Below, one piece after another: positions 37,015-49,117 of a stretch of 64,000 bases of DNA (its first letter is position 1; the number at the start of each line of letters is the position of its first letter). Source of the DNA: Heteronotia binoei (lineage: Eukaryota); assembly GCF_032191835.1 (NCBI RefSeq), contig NC_083230.1:99138001-99202000 (forward strand), given 5' to 3'. Both the position numbers and the translations under genes were made by a program. The notes beneath the pieces were generated by a model. The model was given only the letters and a program-made list of their open reading frames with translations, searched no databases and had not been told where the DNA came from.

Positions 37015-40000
37015 TTGCAGGGTGACATGAACGAAATGCAAAATAGCTCAACTGACTGGCAAGGTAGATAATATAGGAGAACGGATGCCAGAGATCAAAC
37101 AAGAACTTCAAGAGAATAGAAAGCAAGCGGCAGAGACCAACAAAGCCTTGAAGGTCTTGGACGCACAGGTGACGGATAATACTCAAAAGGTGGAGCAATT
37201 GGAAAAAGAGCAGAAACTATATGACAGTAGATTTCTTCAATTGGAAATGGAGAGGGCAGCATATATGTTGCAGTTCCAAAATGTACCAGAAGAAAAATCT
37301 GAAGATCTACAGAAAATATGAAGTGACGCTCTTTCAGAAATTTTACAAGTGACACCTGACAAAATGGAAGAGGAGTTTGACCAAGTTAAGCGGGTAGCAT
37401 CAAGTTTCACAAGGAGGAATAAACTGCTCAGTGAGATCCATTTGAAGCTTACAAGGAAGAAGATTATTGACAAAATTTTGCAACAAACGAGAGATAAGCC
37501 AGTGATGATAGCAGGAAACAGTTACAGTATGCCTCAGAAGATGATGAAAATTTTGAGAGAGATACCTTGGCCAGTTAGACAAAAGAGAAGAGAGTATCAA
37601 ACCTGACAACCTTTTTGAGAGAAAGAGAAATACCATATACGTAGCTAATGCCGGAAGGCCTTCTTTTTACATATGAAGAGAACAGACACAGGATAAACTC
37701 TACTTTTAAAGCTAAAAAGTTTTTGGAGAAAATTGAGTAGAAAGAGGGGAAGAAAAAGAAGGAAGAGGAAGAAGAAGAAGAAGAAATCTCAGATGAAGAG
37801 GACCCAAGTGGAGCAAGGAAATACCCAACAAGACTGCAAACTAAAAAAGATAAAAAGGATAGTGATAAGAAAAACTCATAATGGCCTCAATAGTTTCTAT
37901 TAATGTAAATGGACTTAATTCTCCTATAAAAAGGAGGAAGACCTTCAAATATTTGGCAAAATTGATGGATATAATTTGTTTACAAGAAACCCACATTTTG
38001 GCAAAAGATCAGCACCTTTTGAGAAATAAGAAATTTGGCAATTTATTTACAGCAACAGATTTAAATTTAAAAAAGGGGTCTGGCAATTTATGTAAAGGAC
38101 AAATTTAAGCCACAGTTACAGTATGCCTCAAAAGACGGAAGAATTTTACTAGTGGAAATTGTTGTGGACAGTAAAAAAAATTCTACTGGCAAACATTTAT
38201 GCACCGAATGAACATCAGGAATTTTTTTTTCAAAGATTTACATCTTAAGCTAGCTAACTTGAAATATGCAGAATACTGCCTAACAGGAGACTTCAATGCA
38301 GTCTGTGATAGGCAATTGGATAAAAAAACACATATGCATAAAGCTAAAGGACTCCAATTGCCAGCAAACTTTTGGAAATCTGCAGAAGAATAGGACTTAG
38401 TTGATGCTTGGAGAACAAGATACCCAAATTCAAGAGACTTTACATATTATTCTGCTGGTCACCTGTCATGGTCAAGAATCGATATGTGTTGGCTATCTAC
38501 AGATTTGGTCAAAGACCTAGTGGAAATGGAAATCCAACCAAGAGTCATATCAGACCATAATCCTGTAATGATAAAACTCAAGGGAACCCAGTTGAAAAGA
38601 ACTTCGAGGCTAAATACTTCAATTTAAAAGGTAAGAATTTTCTTCAAGAAACTAAAACAGAAATGGAAGCTTTTTAAAAACAGAATACAACCCAAGATGT
38701 GAAGATGCAAGTGGTATGGGACACAGCCAAAGCATCTTTTAGAGGGCTATCACTCAGATTCAGTGCCAAGAAAAAGAAAGAAAGAACTGAAAATTTCCAA
38801 AAATTAATGTCACAAGCAGAAAAAGCTGAGAAAAATTTAAAAATACAACCCATGAAACAAGAGTTTCAAAATAAAATTAAAAAATACATCAACTCAATCT
38901 ATTACTTGTAGAGGAAATGGAGAAAAAAATTAAGATTTGCCAGGCAGAATTACTTTGAATATGCTAATGAACCTGGAAGTTGGTTAGCCTATAGACTGAG
39001 AAAAGAGAGCACAAAAAGAATAAGATCAGTATTGAAAGATGAAAATAATAAAGAGAAATTTCAAAGACAGGAGATATGTCAAATTGTGGAACAATTTTAC
39101 ACAAGATTATATGAAGCCAAACAAGTCCAAAGATTTAGAAGACTACATTAAACAGAACAACCTCAACAAATTTACAGAAAAGCAACAGAAAATTTTGAAT
39201 GAATCAATAACGATAAGGGAAGTGGGAGATGCGATGGCAGCTCAAAAGAATGGCAAACCTCCAGGCCCATGGTCTACCTGCAGAGTTCTATAAAGCCCTT
39301 GAAGACTGTTTGTTGGTACCATTTAAATGCCTTATTGAAAAGATTCAAAAGGAAGCTCAAATACCAATCTCATGGCAAGAAGCCTCAGTATCTTTAATTC
39401 CAAAAGAAGGTACAGACCTGAAAGATATAAAAAACTTTCAACCAATTTCCCTTTTAAATGTGGACTACAAAATTTTTGCCTCAATATTGGCACAACATCT
39501 AAAGAAAGTTTTATTGAGTACAATTCATCAAGACCAGGCAGGATTTCTTCCCAGAAGACGTTTGAAAGATAATGTCAGAACAGTAATATAATGAAATATT
39601 TTAAGAACCATTCAGAGAAACAATTGGCATTAATTTATTTGGATGCAGAGAAAGCCTTTGATAATGTGCATTGGCAATTCATGTTACAACTGAAGGGTAT
39701 GGAATGTGGCAAGAACTTTCTGAGATCGATACAATCAATATATTCCTTACAAATGGCAAAGATGATGGTGAATGGTGAACTAACAGAAGCAATTGCTATT
39801 CAAAAAGGTACAAGACAAGGTTGCCCACTGTCACCACTCCTTTTTATTTTGTGCTTAGAGATATTGAATAACCAAATAAGAGAGGATCCAAGTATTAAGG
39901 GGGCATTAATTAACGGTGAACAATATAAACTGAGGGCTTTTGCAGATGACTTGGTTTTCATACTTGAACAACCAATAGATCCAATTGCCTGTTTGCTAAA

Positions 40001-40920
40001 CAAGATTACCATAATCAATTTGGCCAGTGGGCAGGATTGAAGATAAAGTATCACAAAACAAAATTTTTAACCAAGAATATGATGACAAAACAAGTCCATC
40101 TCCTTCAACAAAAATCAGGATTTTCCTTTGAAAAAAGAATTAAATATTTGGGCATTTACATCACAAATAAATGTAGTGACTTAAAGACGGATAATTACAA
40201 TAAGCTGCTCAAAGAGATTAAAAAAGACTTGGGAAAATGGCAAGATTTGAACTTATCTTTAACGGGAAGAATAGCTTCAATAAAAATGAATATTTTGCCA
40301 AGATTGTTATTTCTTTTCCAAACTATACCAGTGCTCTTAACCAATGCATTGTTTTCAGGAATTGAATAAAATGGTCTCTTTATATATTTGGTGGGAAAAA
40401 AACCCCAAGAATTAAACTGAAGACACTACAGGACTCTAGAACAAGAGCGGGCCTGGGCCTTCCAGATTGGCAATTGTATTAGAGAGTATAATGTACTAGG
40501 GTCGGCGCAGTAAGAGACCAGAGTCGGAGAGTGATTTCAGCAAGCTTTACTTCAGGAACACACACACAACACACTGATCTCTGTTCAAACTTCCCGCTCC
40601 TTTATACAATTCTTGCCCCTTCTGATTGGTCCTTAACTATCTACATGGATTGGCTATTTACAGGGCCCTAAGGGCCTATCAGGGTACAGTATGAGCCTGG
40701 ATGTTGATTGGCTACTTATGTTTCAATCCTTCCCCTGATTGGGCACGCTTAGGCCTTCTCTGGAACCCTGGTGTGGAGTTCAAGCTCTGGCTTGTTCAGC
40801 TTCTCTCCAAAAGTAACAGTTCCCTCCAAAAGTAACAGTTCTCCCATTTGAGCCTAGGACACAACAGAGAGCTTCGGTGCTGACCTGGGTAAAAGACTGG
40901 GTCTTGTTGAATGATAGGAG
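37015..40920 (+). mobile_element. L1-clade LINE, decayed: ORF1 plus ORF2 (APE endonuclease and RT)
   Basis: Coiled-coil ORF1 (37085-37606). APE motifs SINVNGLNSP, ICLQETH, GDFNA, SRIDMCW, SDHNP. RT motifs PISLLNVDYKI, LDAEKAFD, GTRQGCPLSPLLF, FADDL. Many frameshifts and stops. Confidence 0.95.
40487..40866 (-). mobile_element. Solo LTR (380 bp) inserted antisense in L1 ORF2
   Basis: 5-bp TSD GAGAG (40482-86, 40867-71). The minus strand begins TGTTGTG and has four CCAATC boxes, then TATAAA, then AGTAAA. Removal rejoins the L1 frame. Confidence 0.85.
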
Positions 40921-42809
40921 ACAGTGGCCGCAGTCACACTCACCATTAAATCCATACCTAACCCGTAGCTATTATACCCCGCAACTTTTTAAAAACGAAT
41001 TTCCTGATTAGACATCCCTCCATCCTTCAGTTCTAAGCAGCGCTGGTCCTGTCGCTGGTTGATCAGAGGTCTCAACCGGACCTCATTTTTTGAGATGGCA
41101 CTTTTTGAGACGGCATTCCACACTCCACAGCCTCTGCATAACAAACAAAACTCGGTGGTAGTTATAAAATATGAACTGCCAGAATGGTGATGAATGAATT
41201 AGAATTGCCACTTTAATACAAACTTTCTGGGACTTTACTTAGTGAAGGAAATTAGTAGGAGAGGTGGGAGGTCTTTGAGTCCCATAAATTTTAAGCATAA
41301 CACACTTTGATTAGACTGTGACTTTCAGGCAAGGATAGGTTCAGATTGGAGACAAATTACATTTCAACATGCAGCCTAATTCCAAGTCATTATGTGTGTG
41401 GAATTTTGAAACAGAAAAAATGACAAAATTGTTCAGTAGAGCTGGGCAAAGGTGATCCCAGTTTCTGGTGATGGTTGAATTATTATCGAAGACTGATTCC
41501 ACTATAAACTTCTATTGCGAAATAAATTGATAAGGCAGAAGTGGTTGAGATGCAGAGCCCTGCATGGAGAAGATAGGTGGTGGGCTTATTTTTCAGAAGT
41601 TGCTTCAGACTGAACATGCTGGTGAAAATAACTGAGCAAAAAAAAGCAAAACTTGGGGTTTAGGGGAAGTTCACAGGAAAAGAGATTGTAAGGGGGAAAG
41701 GACAAAAAATGCAATATCTTGGATGTTTAGGGTGAGAAATGTCATGACAGCAGATAAGCAAGAGACGCAACATTGGCATTGGTTGAGGTCAGATTTGCTT
41801 TACACTGATTGCTAGGGATAGGCACAAAGCAGCTCATGAAGATCATCACAAATTTTGGCCGATTTGTGATTCACAAAGTGCTGTTCATGGAAGGGCACAC
41901 AGCATGAACATTTCACAACCTTTGGTGCAGTTTGTGGTGGTTCATGAATGATTACATTTCCAAACAAGTTGTTTCCACTCAATTAAACTGTTTATAGAAT
42001 TCCAAGGCAATGTTGGGGTGGAATTCTCCAGTTTTGGAGACATCATTGTGAGCCCTCCAAAGCTTAACAAGCACTGCTGACTGCCAATAACACCACTCCC
42101 ATTCTGGCCTATGGGATTAGAAAACTATAAATGCTCTGCTCAGCTTCACACCCACTCGTCTGCTGGCCATTTGCTGTTTGCAGAGAGCCAGGAAACTTGA
42201 TAAAAGCTGACTTGGAGAGCACATTCCCTCCTGATTGTGAACTCCTCTCCCTTGCTGGGATTTTGAGATCAAGGCTCTGAGTAGGTAGACTCAGGGCTCC
42301 AAGCCACCCTGTCCTTCAGCTCATGCCAAGCGGAGGGGCTTAGCTAGTGGGTTTCTTGGCTGAGGACCCATATTTTGATTGTGATTCCTCTCCCCTTCTG
42401 GGGTTTGGGGGGATTTAGTGGACTCAGGGCTCTGAACCACCCTGTGTCTCTGCTCATGCTGAATTTTACAACTCATGAAAAGAAATTGAAATGCAACAAT
42501 ATCTGGAATGGGTGTCTTATTACTGCTTAACTGCGTTTATGATCTATATGGTTTGTCACTATATTCCTTTTTGTGACTTTGTATGCACTATTTGATTTGT
42601 ATTGGAACTACAGTGTTATTTGCTCAGTACTCAAATTGCCCTGTATGTTCACATATTCGTAAACAATTTCAGGGTGCTTGTGAGCACTATAAATTTAAAA
42701 ATTGTTGTTGTATACCACCAACATAATTTATTGCATATTTTGCAATAGAGCAATTTATAGTTATATATTTTTGTGATGGTAATTACTTAGCGAGTCTTTT
42801 CAGCTTGCT

Positions 42810-43388
42810 CCAGTTTGGTGTGGTAGTTAAGTGCACGGACTCTTATATTGGCTCTTGAGAGCCAGTTTGGTGTAGTGGTTAAGTGTGCAGACTCTTATCT
42901 GAGAGGAACGGGGTTTGATTCCCCACTCCTCCACTTGCACCTGCTGGAATGGCCTTGGGTCAGCCATAGCTCTGGCAGAGGTTGTCCTTGAAAGGGCAGC
43001 TGCTGTGAGAGTCCTCTCAGCCCCACCCATATCACAGGGTGTCTGTTGTGGGTGGAGAAGATAAAGGAGATTGTGAGCCGCTCTGAGACTCTGAGATTCG
43101 AAGTGGAGGGTGCGATATAAATCCAATATCATCATCATCATCATCATATGGGAGAACTGGGTTTGATTCCCCACTCCTCCACTTGCACCTGCTGGAATGG
43201 CCTTGGGTCAGCCATAGCTCTTGTAGGAGTTGTCCTTGAAAGGGCAGCTTCTGTGAGAGCCCTCTCAGCTCAACCTACCTCACAGGGTGTCTGTTGTTGG
43301 GGAGGAAGATAAAAGAGATTTAAGCCACTTTAAGACTGATTCAGAGAGACGGGTGGGGTATAAATCCAGTGTTGTCTTCTTCTTCTTC
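42810..43388 (+). mobile_element. Squam3-like SINE (about 42849-43146) nested inside another Squam3-like SINE
   Basis: The outer head 42810-42848 continues at 43147 (GGACTCTT-ATAT-GGGAGAAC). The inner copy is complete with an (ATC)n tail. The outer tail is (TTC)n. Confidence 0.85.
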
Positions 43389-43399
43389 TCAGTTAATTA

Positions 43400-43566
43400 T
43401 GCTAAATTCCCCTTTGTCCTTGAACCCCTGGAAAAAATGGCTACTTTGGAGGATGGGCTGTATGGCATTGCACCCTGCTGAGGCCCCTCCCCTCTCCAAA
43501 CCCCACCCTCTCCCAGACCCACCCCCAAAGTCTCCAGGTATTTTCCAACACAGACCTGGCAACCCT
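43400..43566. mobile_element. hAT-type MITE (TAGGGTTGCCA family), one end only
   Basis: Reverse complement of the 20836 copy, ending TGGCAACCCTG. Confidence 0.75.
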
Positions 43567-45035
43567 GCTCTTCCAGAAGGCATTCTGTGCTGGCTAAATG
43601 AAGTTCTTAACTGTGGCAGCAAATTTCCTTTGCTTAAAGGTTTGGGGTTTTTAAATCTCCTGTTTTGCCTGTGTGTGATTGTATAAAGATGTATTGATCA
43701 CTTCCTGAATTATGGGTCCACTGTGTGCTCCTTTGAGCACCTTTTTTTTTGGCATAGACTTCAACTTATAAATTGATTTTGCTACTCAGCTAATTAATTG
43801 CAAAAGGCACTGGTCATGCTGCCAATTGTTATCCACATCCCAGGATACAGTTCAGAGCTTTGGTCCCTGACCCATTTATGTAGCAATTGTGAGTATTTCA
43901 GACCTTAACAGTACAACTGAGGCTGCATTTGCAGTAGATAAAATACACTATTCACTCATTTTAATTATATAGCAACAGCGTTTTTGTTTTGAATTGCAAA
44001 AAACATGCATAGTGGAAACAAGCCCTTGGATATAAGAACATTTAACTGGCTTGCACAATATTGAAGTTCAGCTCTGAAATAATGCATGTTCAATGTATTT
44101 GTCAGGATGCATTTAATCTGAGGCGGACCTTTCCAAAGTTTGAAGTTCTGGTCTCCTTCACTTGTTAGGGCCTTAGTTCTGGTTCAGGCTGTAACTAAAT
44201 CTCTGACATGAGGAGACTTATATGTTGTTTGCATTACACTGCTGTTTTAAAGAAAAGTGAACTAATGCCAATGCTGCTGTAATCCTCCCAACTACCTCTT
44301 TAAAAAAAATCACATGAGTACCTTGTATGTTTGCTGGTTATTTTACAATCCACCTTTCCAGGGCTGGCCCTAAGTGATTGCCTAGGGCGCCAGCCTTCTG
44401 GGGTCACCAAATTGGGTGCCCCCCACATAAGTTGGAGATGTTATCAGTGTGGGTCAGCTATACCAACCAGTGAAATGGCTCACAGAATAGTGAGATGGTT
44501 TGCAGCCATTTAAACCTAACAGTAGGGTGGGTGTATCCACTTGGAAGCGGGGAGAAACAAAATCAGTTGGTGAAATGGCTCACAGCTGTTTCAGCCTAAT
44601 AGCAAGGTGAGTGGCTGGCAGCCATTTCACTGGTACAGGACAGCTGTGGATGCATGCCACTCATCTGTTAGATTTAAATGGCCCAAACAGCTGAACTGGG
44701 CAAAAGTCTACTAAATGTTTGGGAAAGGCACCTTCCCCAAACATTGTTTCAGGGGCTTTGAACCAGTAAAAGTTCATGCTGAATTTTGGCTCTTGAGCTG
44801 GTTCATGCTGGCCCATCCCTACTTTCTATAACCACCACAGTATAAAATATGTCCAGGAGCACATTAGAATATACCCATGAAGTGATTCCCCAGACAAAGC
44901 TACCTCTCATTTCAGGCAGTGGAGTGTGAAGCACTTTGTTCCCAAAGAGAAATGCAAAAATGCACAGATGTAACATCAGCATGAGAGTTCCTGTCATGTT
45001 TTCTATCCACACTACATAATGAACAGAAGAGGCAG

Positions 45036-45190
45036 TGCATGGTGTAACAGTTAGAAGAGTTTAAAACGCCAGCCAGTAACCTAACTTTGACTAACTTACC
45101 TCACCAGATTGTTGTGAGGGTAAAGTGGAGGAGGAGAGAGACATTTGTGCTACTCTCAGCTCCTTGGAGAAAGGCCAAGTTGATAAATGA
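45036..45190 (+). mobile_element. Old MIR/Squam3-like SINE
   Basis: GGTGTAACAGTTAG head remnant and ACCTCACCAGATTGTTGTGAGGGTAAAGTGGAGG body. Confidence 0.6.
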
Positions 45191-45816
45191 AAGCTCAAAG
45201 TACATTCCTTGCACTGCACATCTGTATGCATAATATTTATTTCTAAATCAGTTGTCTGAAAATTGGGCCAGTTTGGCTGATTCACTTCTCCTTTAGCAGT
45301 ACTTTTTACTTCTAGTAGAACTGGATAACAATACTTTCCTACAAGATCCTTATTTCTGTTCTTCTCTAAAGCAAAACTATAACTGAGCTTGAACATCTTT
45401 CAAGCATTTCTTTCTTATAAAATTCAAGTAGGAGCAACAGATAAGTTATTTTTTTTAAGTAACATCTCCATGGAATAAATTCTAGCTTTCCATTTCCCCC
45501 TTATTTTATTTCTCATTTCAAAGGCAACCTTTAGAGATGGAAATTGAAACAAAGCCCATATCAAAGAGAATCATTAAACAATTGTGAGGAGAGAATCTAT
45601 GCCTTGAAAAACTGGCAAAATCCCTGAGGGGAAAGTGGAATATAATTGACCCGATCCATTCACAAATAATGATTTTACCTTCATGAGATTACATTATCAT
45701 TGCCAGGCATATTAACATGAATTTATAGGGCAGCTATAAAGTGAACTTTTGTTATGCTGAAGAACAAGATTTTCCTGTGCCTCTGAACACCAGCTGTGGC
45801 TCTCAAGGCTTACTTT

Positions 45817-46102
45817 GGGCGTTTTCGCACTCACCTTCAGCCAGCGCGACCCCCCTCTTCACCGCGCAGGATCTGCGTGGATTTCGCACTAAATGCCGCG
45901 GAGCAGCCTTTTGCGCCGGAAACTCCTGGCGCAAAAGCCGCTCAAACGTAAACCGCCAAAAAGCAGTTTCCGTTTGCGCGGCTTTTGCGACGGGAGTTTC
46001 CGGCTCTTCCGGCTGCTCCACGGCATTTAGTGCAAAATCCGCGCAGATCCTGCGCGTTGAAGAGGGGGGTCGCGCCGGCTGAACGTGAGTGCAAAAACGC
46101 CC
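45817..46102. mobile_element. Palindromic Harbinger-like MITE (286 bp)
   Basis: GGGCGTTTTCGCACTCAC...GTGAGTGCAAAAACGCCC with 3-bp TSD TTT. Self-complementary over most of its length. Confidence 0.9.
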
Positions 46103-47157
46103 TTTGTTCATAATGCTATCCCAAGTCTTATCTAGACTGCTGCCATTCCTTTCTGTTCAAGATTTGTTTACAATATTTATACCCCATCTCTCCATGTAAA
46201 TAGCTTATAAAAATAACAAAGTTATGAGCTGAAAGACTAAAAACAGCAAGAGAAACAGAAGAAGGAATGCAATGAATGCAAAGCGATGAAGGTAACAAAA
46301 TGGGCATGTATAGTCCTACAAACAAACAACAGTGTAGACATGGGAGGACCAAGTCTTAATGGAGAATCCCAGTGTCACTAGAGTTCATGGCTAAAGGACA
46401 GCACTTGAACTCCCAAGTTCTTTGGAATGAAAAGATTTGGATATAAGTATAAATGATGAAGTTAGGCAGTGATCTTCATACATTTGAGCACAGCTTGGAG
46501 ATTCAACCACTCAGGCACAGGACTGCCATCTGAGTAATGTTCTTGTTTAATTTTAGAATGACCCATTTAGGCCCAGGTTTCTGTGGTGATTCTGCCCTTC
46601 TCCCTCCAACAACGGGAAGATGAATGACAGAACTTTCAACATTGCTGTGGACTGTAACCTTGGCAGTTGCACCAAATATAGTGTATGTTTCCTACCAGTT
46701 AAGTCGGCCATCAGCCTAGAGAAGCAAGTTGTGGGTCTACTGTCAGGCCCAGGGCCGGCCTTAGGGTGCATTGCATCCCAGGGAGACTCACTGCTAGCCG
46801 CCTCACATCCCTAGGGCCCCTAGGTGTACACACATGCGTGCACACCCCAGGCCAGGCCACCCACCACCCCACCTCCCTCCCACTTTCCCTGCAGCGCCGC
46901 AATGTGGCACCATGCTGCCTGGCAGACAAAAGGCAGTGACCACGATAGCAGCAATGGCAGCGATGACAGCGGCAGTGGGGGGGAAATTGGCATTTGTCTA
47001 GTGTACCAGCATATTCAGTTCTTTCCTGTCAGTCTCTACATCTTCTATACTAATTTAATACAAAATGTTGTTTAGGGTATCTGCTAAGGTTTCCAGCTCT
47101 AGGTTGGGGGATACCTGGAGATTTTGGAGGTGGAGCCAGGGAAGGGATGGGTTGGGT

Positions 47158-48036
47158 CAGGGCTTTTTTATAGCAGGAACTCCTTTGAATATTAGGCCAC
47201 ATACCCCTGATGTTGCCAATTCTCCCAAGAGCTTACAGGGCTCTTAGTACAAGGTGTACTGTAAGTGTGAGGCCCGGCTGTGCCCTCCCCCTCTAGGGCC
47301 ACTGGCTCCGTGGCTCTGTGGGAGGGAAGGGTTCACGTGGCCTCAGAAATGGAGGGTAGAGTGGTTAACCTCTCATACACATCCTGTGGAGGAGGGTTCA
47401 ACTTCTCTCTCTTTGGGTGCAACCCTCTCCACCTCTTCCTCCCCAGCCGGCAGTGTGCCTTTACTTTTATTCCGTTTCACACCTCTGTTCCCAGTGCTCC
47501 TCTCCACCTCCACTCGCCCAGTTCCCTGTCCCTCAGCCACACCTTTCCCCTACTGGTCTGTGCCTCCATCCCTGCTGGGTCTTCCCGCCCCAGGGCTGTG
47601 CCTGCTACCACCCTTCTCTGCCACACCTTCCCTCCCAGCCCCTTTGCAGTTGCCTCTTCCTCTGCCAATGCTGACGGCTTCTTCAGCCTTCCCCAGAGTT
47701 CAGGGAGGGGCTGCGGCAGGGCCCAGTCTGGCCTGAGGGGCTTCAGCCTCGAGGTGGGGTGGAATGCTTCCCCTGCCAATTCCAGCTGGCATGTTGGGGC
47801 CCCAGCGAGCCCACCTGCCAGCAAGGGGTCGCATTTGCTGCGCGGGCGGGGGTGCCAGATCTAGGCGTGCTGTTGGGTCCAGCACTTCCATGGGGGATGG
47901 GAGAGACCAGGTTGTTGCCGTGGCATCAGGGAAGGCCGGAAGGCCTCGGCCCGGACAGTAAGCTCTTGGAGGATTGGCTAAATCAGGGGTGTGTGGCCTG
48001 GTATGCAAAGGAATTCCTGCTACCAAAAAAGCCCTG
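47158..48036. mobile_element. Palindromic hAT-type MITE split by an LTR
   Basis: Left half 47158-47265 and right half 47958-48036 reconstitute the 2007/4175 family. Confidence 0.9.
47266..47957 (-). mobile_element. Solo LTR (692 bp), Gypsy-like
   Basis: TGT...ACA ends, perfect 5-bp TSD GTAAG, and AATAAA on the minus strand at about 47465-47470. Confidence 0.85.
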
Positions 48037-48724
48037 AATTCTTGTATCTGAGTTCCCCTTGATGGGGAAAATTTACTGTTTGAAATTCTATTTCTTTATC
48101 TCAAACAGTTTGATGGTTCACTGGATCAAATAATCTTTGAAAGGCATTTAACATGAAAGCAAAAACATATTTATTACTACCGGGAAAGCGTACTGGGAGG
48201 TAAAACAACGAACACTAAGAACTACATCCTAACACACTGAAGAGCACATGCTTAATGGAGGATACTTCCTCCTTCTCCTTGAACTCTGTACCTGAACAAA
48301 GAAAGTCACCTGACTAACTGACCAAACAAACAAGTTTTCCCCTTCTAGATCTTGATTGACAGCAGCCAGGATCTTCTTCCTAGGTCATGCAGACAATAGG
48401 AAATCAGGCACAGTGTTAACCTTATAATGACTGGAACTTTAGAACATTGCAAAGGACATACAGAACAGATACATAATTCCAACACCCTTCTGGAATGGTG
48501 ACCTTAATCAGATTATCTATCTGAGATCCTCCCACCTCTAAGGACAGAACAGCATGACCCCTACAGTAGGTTGACCTGTATCCTTCTCCTCTATCTATCA
48601 CTCTGCATAGCTGCCTGCCTACCTAAGTGCTGATGTCAGGCGCATCTAGGCTGACACTGTATCTCCCAGTCAGGTGCCTGGAAACTGCAGGATAGAGACA
48701 GTCACCCCTGGTATCTAGAAGATA

Positions 48725-48848
48725 GTTTCAGAGGGTAGCTGTGTTGGTCTCCAGTAGAACAGCTAGATACATATCCAGTAGCACCTTAGAGACCAACAAG
48801 ATTTTCAGGGTATGAGCTTTCAAGAGTCAAAGTTCCCTTCATCAGGTA
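48725..48848 (-). mobile_element. Penelope terminus with hammerhead core
   Basis: The minus strand reads CTGATGA-AGGGAACTTTGACTCTT-GAAA-GCTCATACC...GTTGGTCTCTAAGGTGCTACTGG. Confidence 0.75.
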
Positions 48849-48854
48849 CTAATA

Positions 48855-49117
48855 CAGGGATGGCCAAACTTGCTTAATGTCTTCATAGAATAAATGTCAG
48901 ATGTTTGAAAGCTGAAAGACGGAAGGAAGGAAGTGGTGAAAAGAAAGCAACTTTAAATTTATTCTCCAAACTGCCAGCTGGCTTGCCTCAGAGAAGTCAT
49001 TTAAAGAGACAAATGCCTTCTTCAAGTCAGCCGATGGGGCAGTGGGGGCTTCAAGAGTCACATAATATATGTGAAAGAGCCACATGTAGCTCCTGAGCCA
49101 CAGTTTGGCCACCCCTG
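48855..49117. mobile_element. hAT-type MITE
   Basis: TIRs CAGGGATGGCCAAAC / GTTTGGCCACCCCTG with a perfect 8-bp TSD TACTAATA. Confidence 0.9.

Noticed and set aside
48060-48660. Possible additional minus-strand LTR (AATAAA, TGTCAG start)
   Set aside because: No convincing second terminus or TSD.
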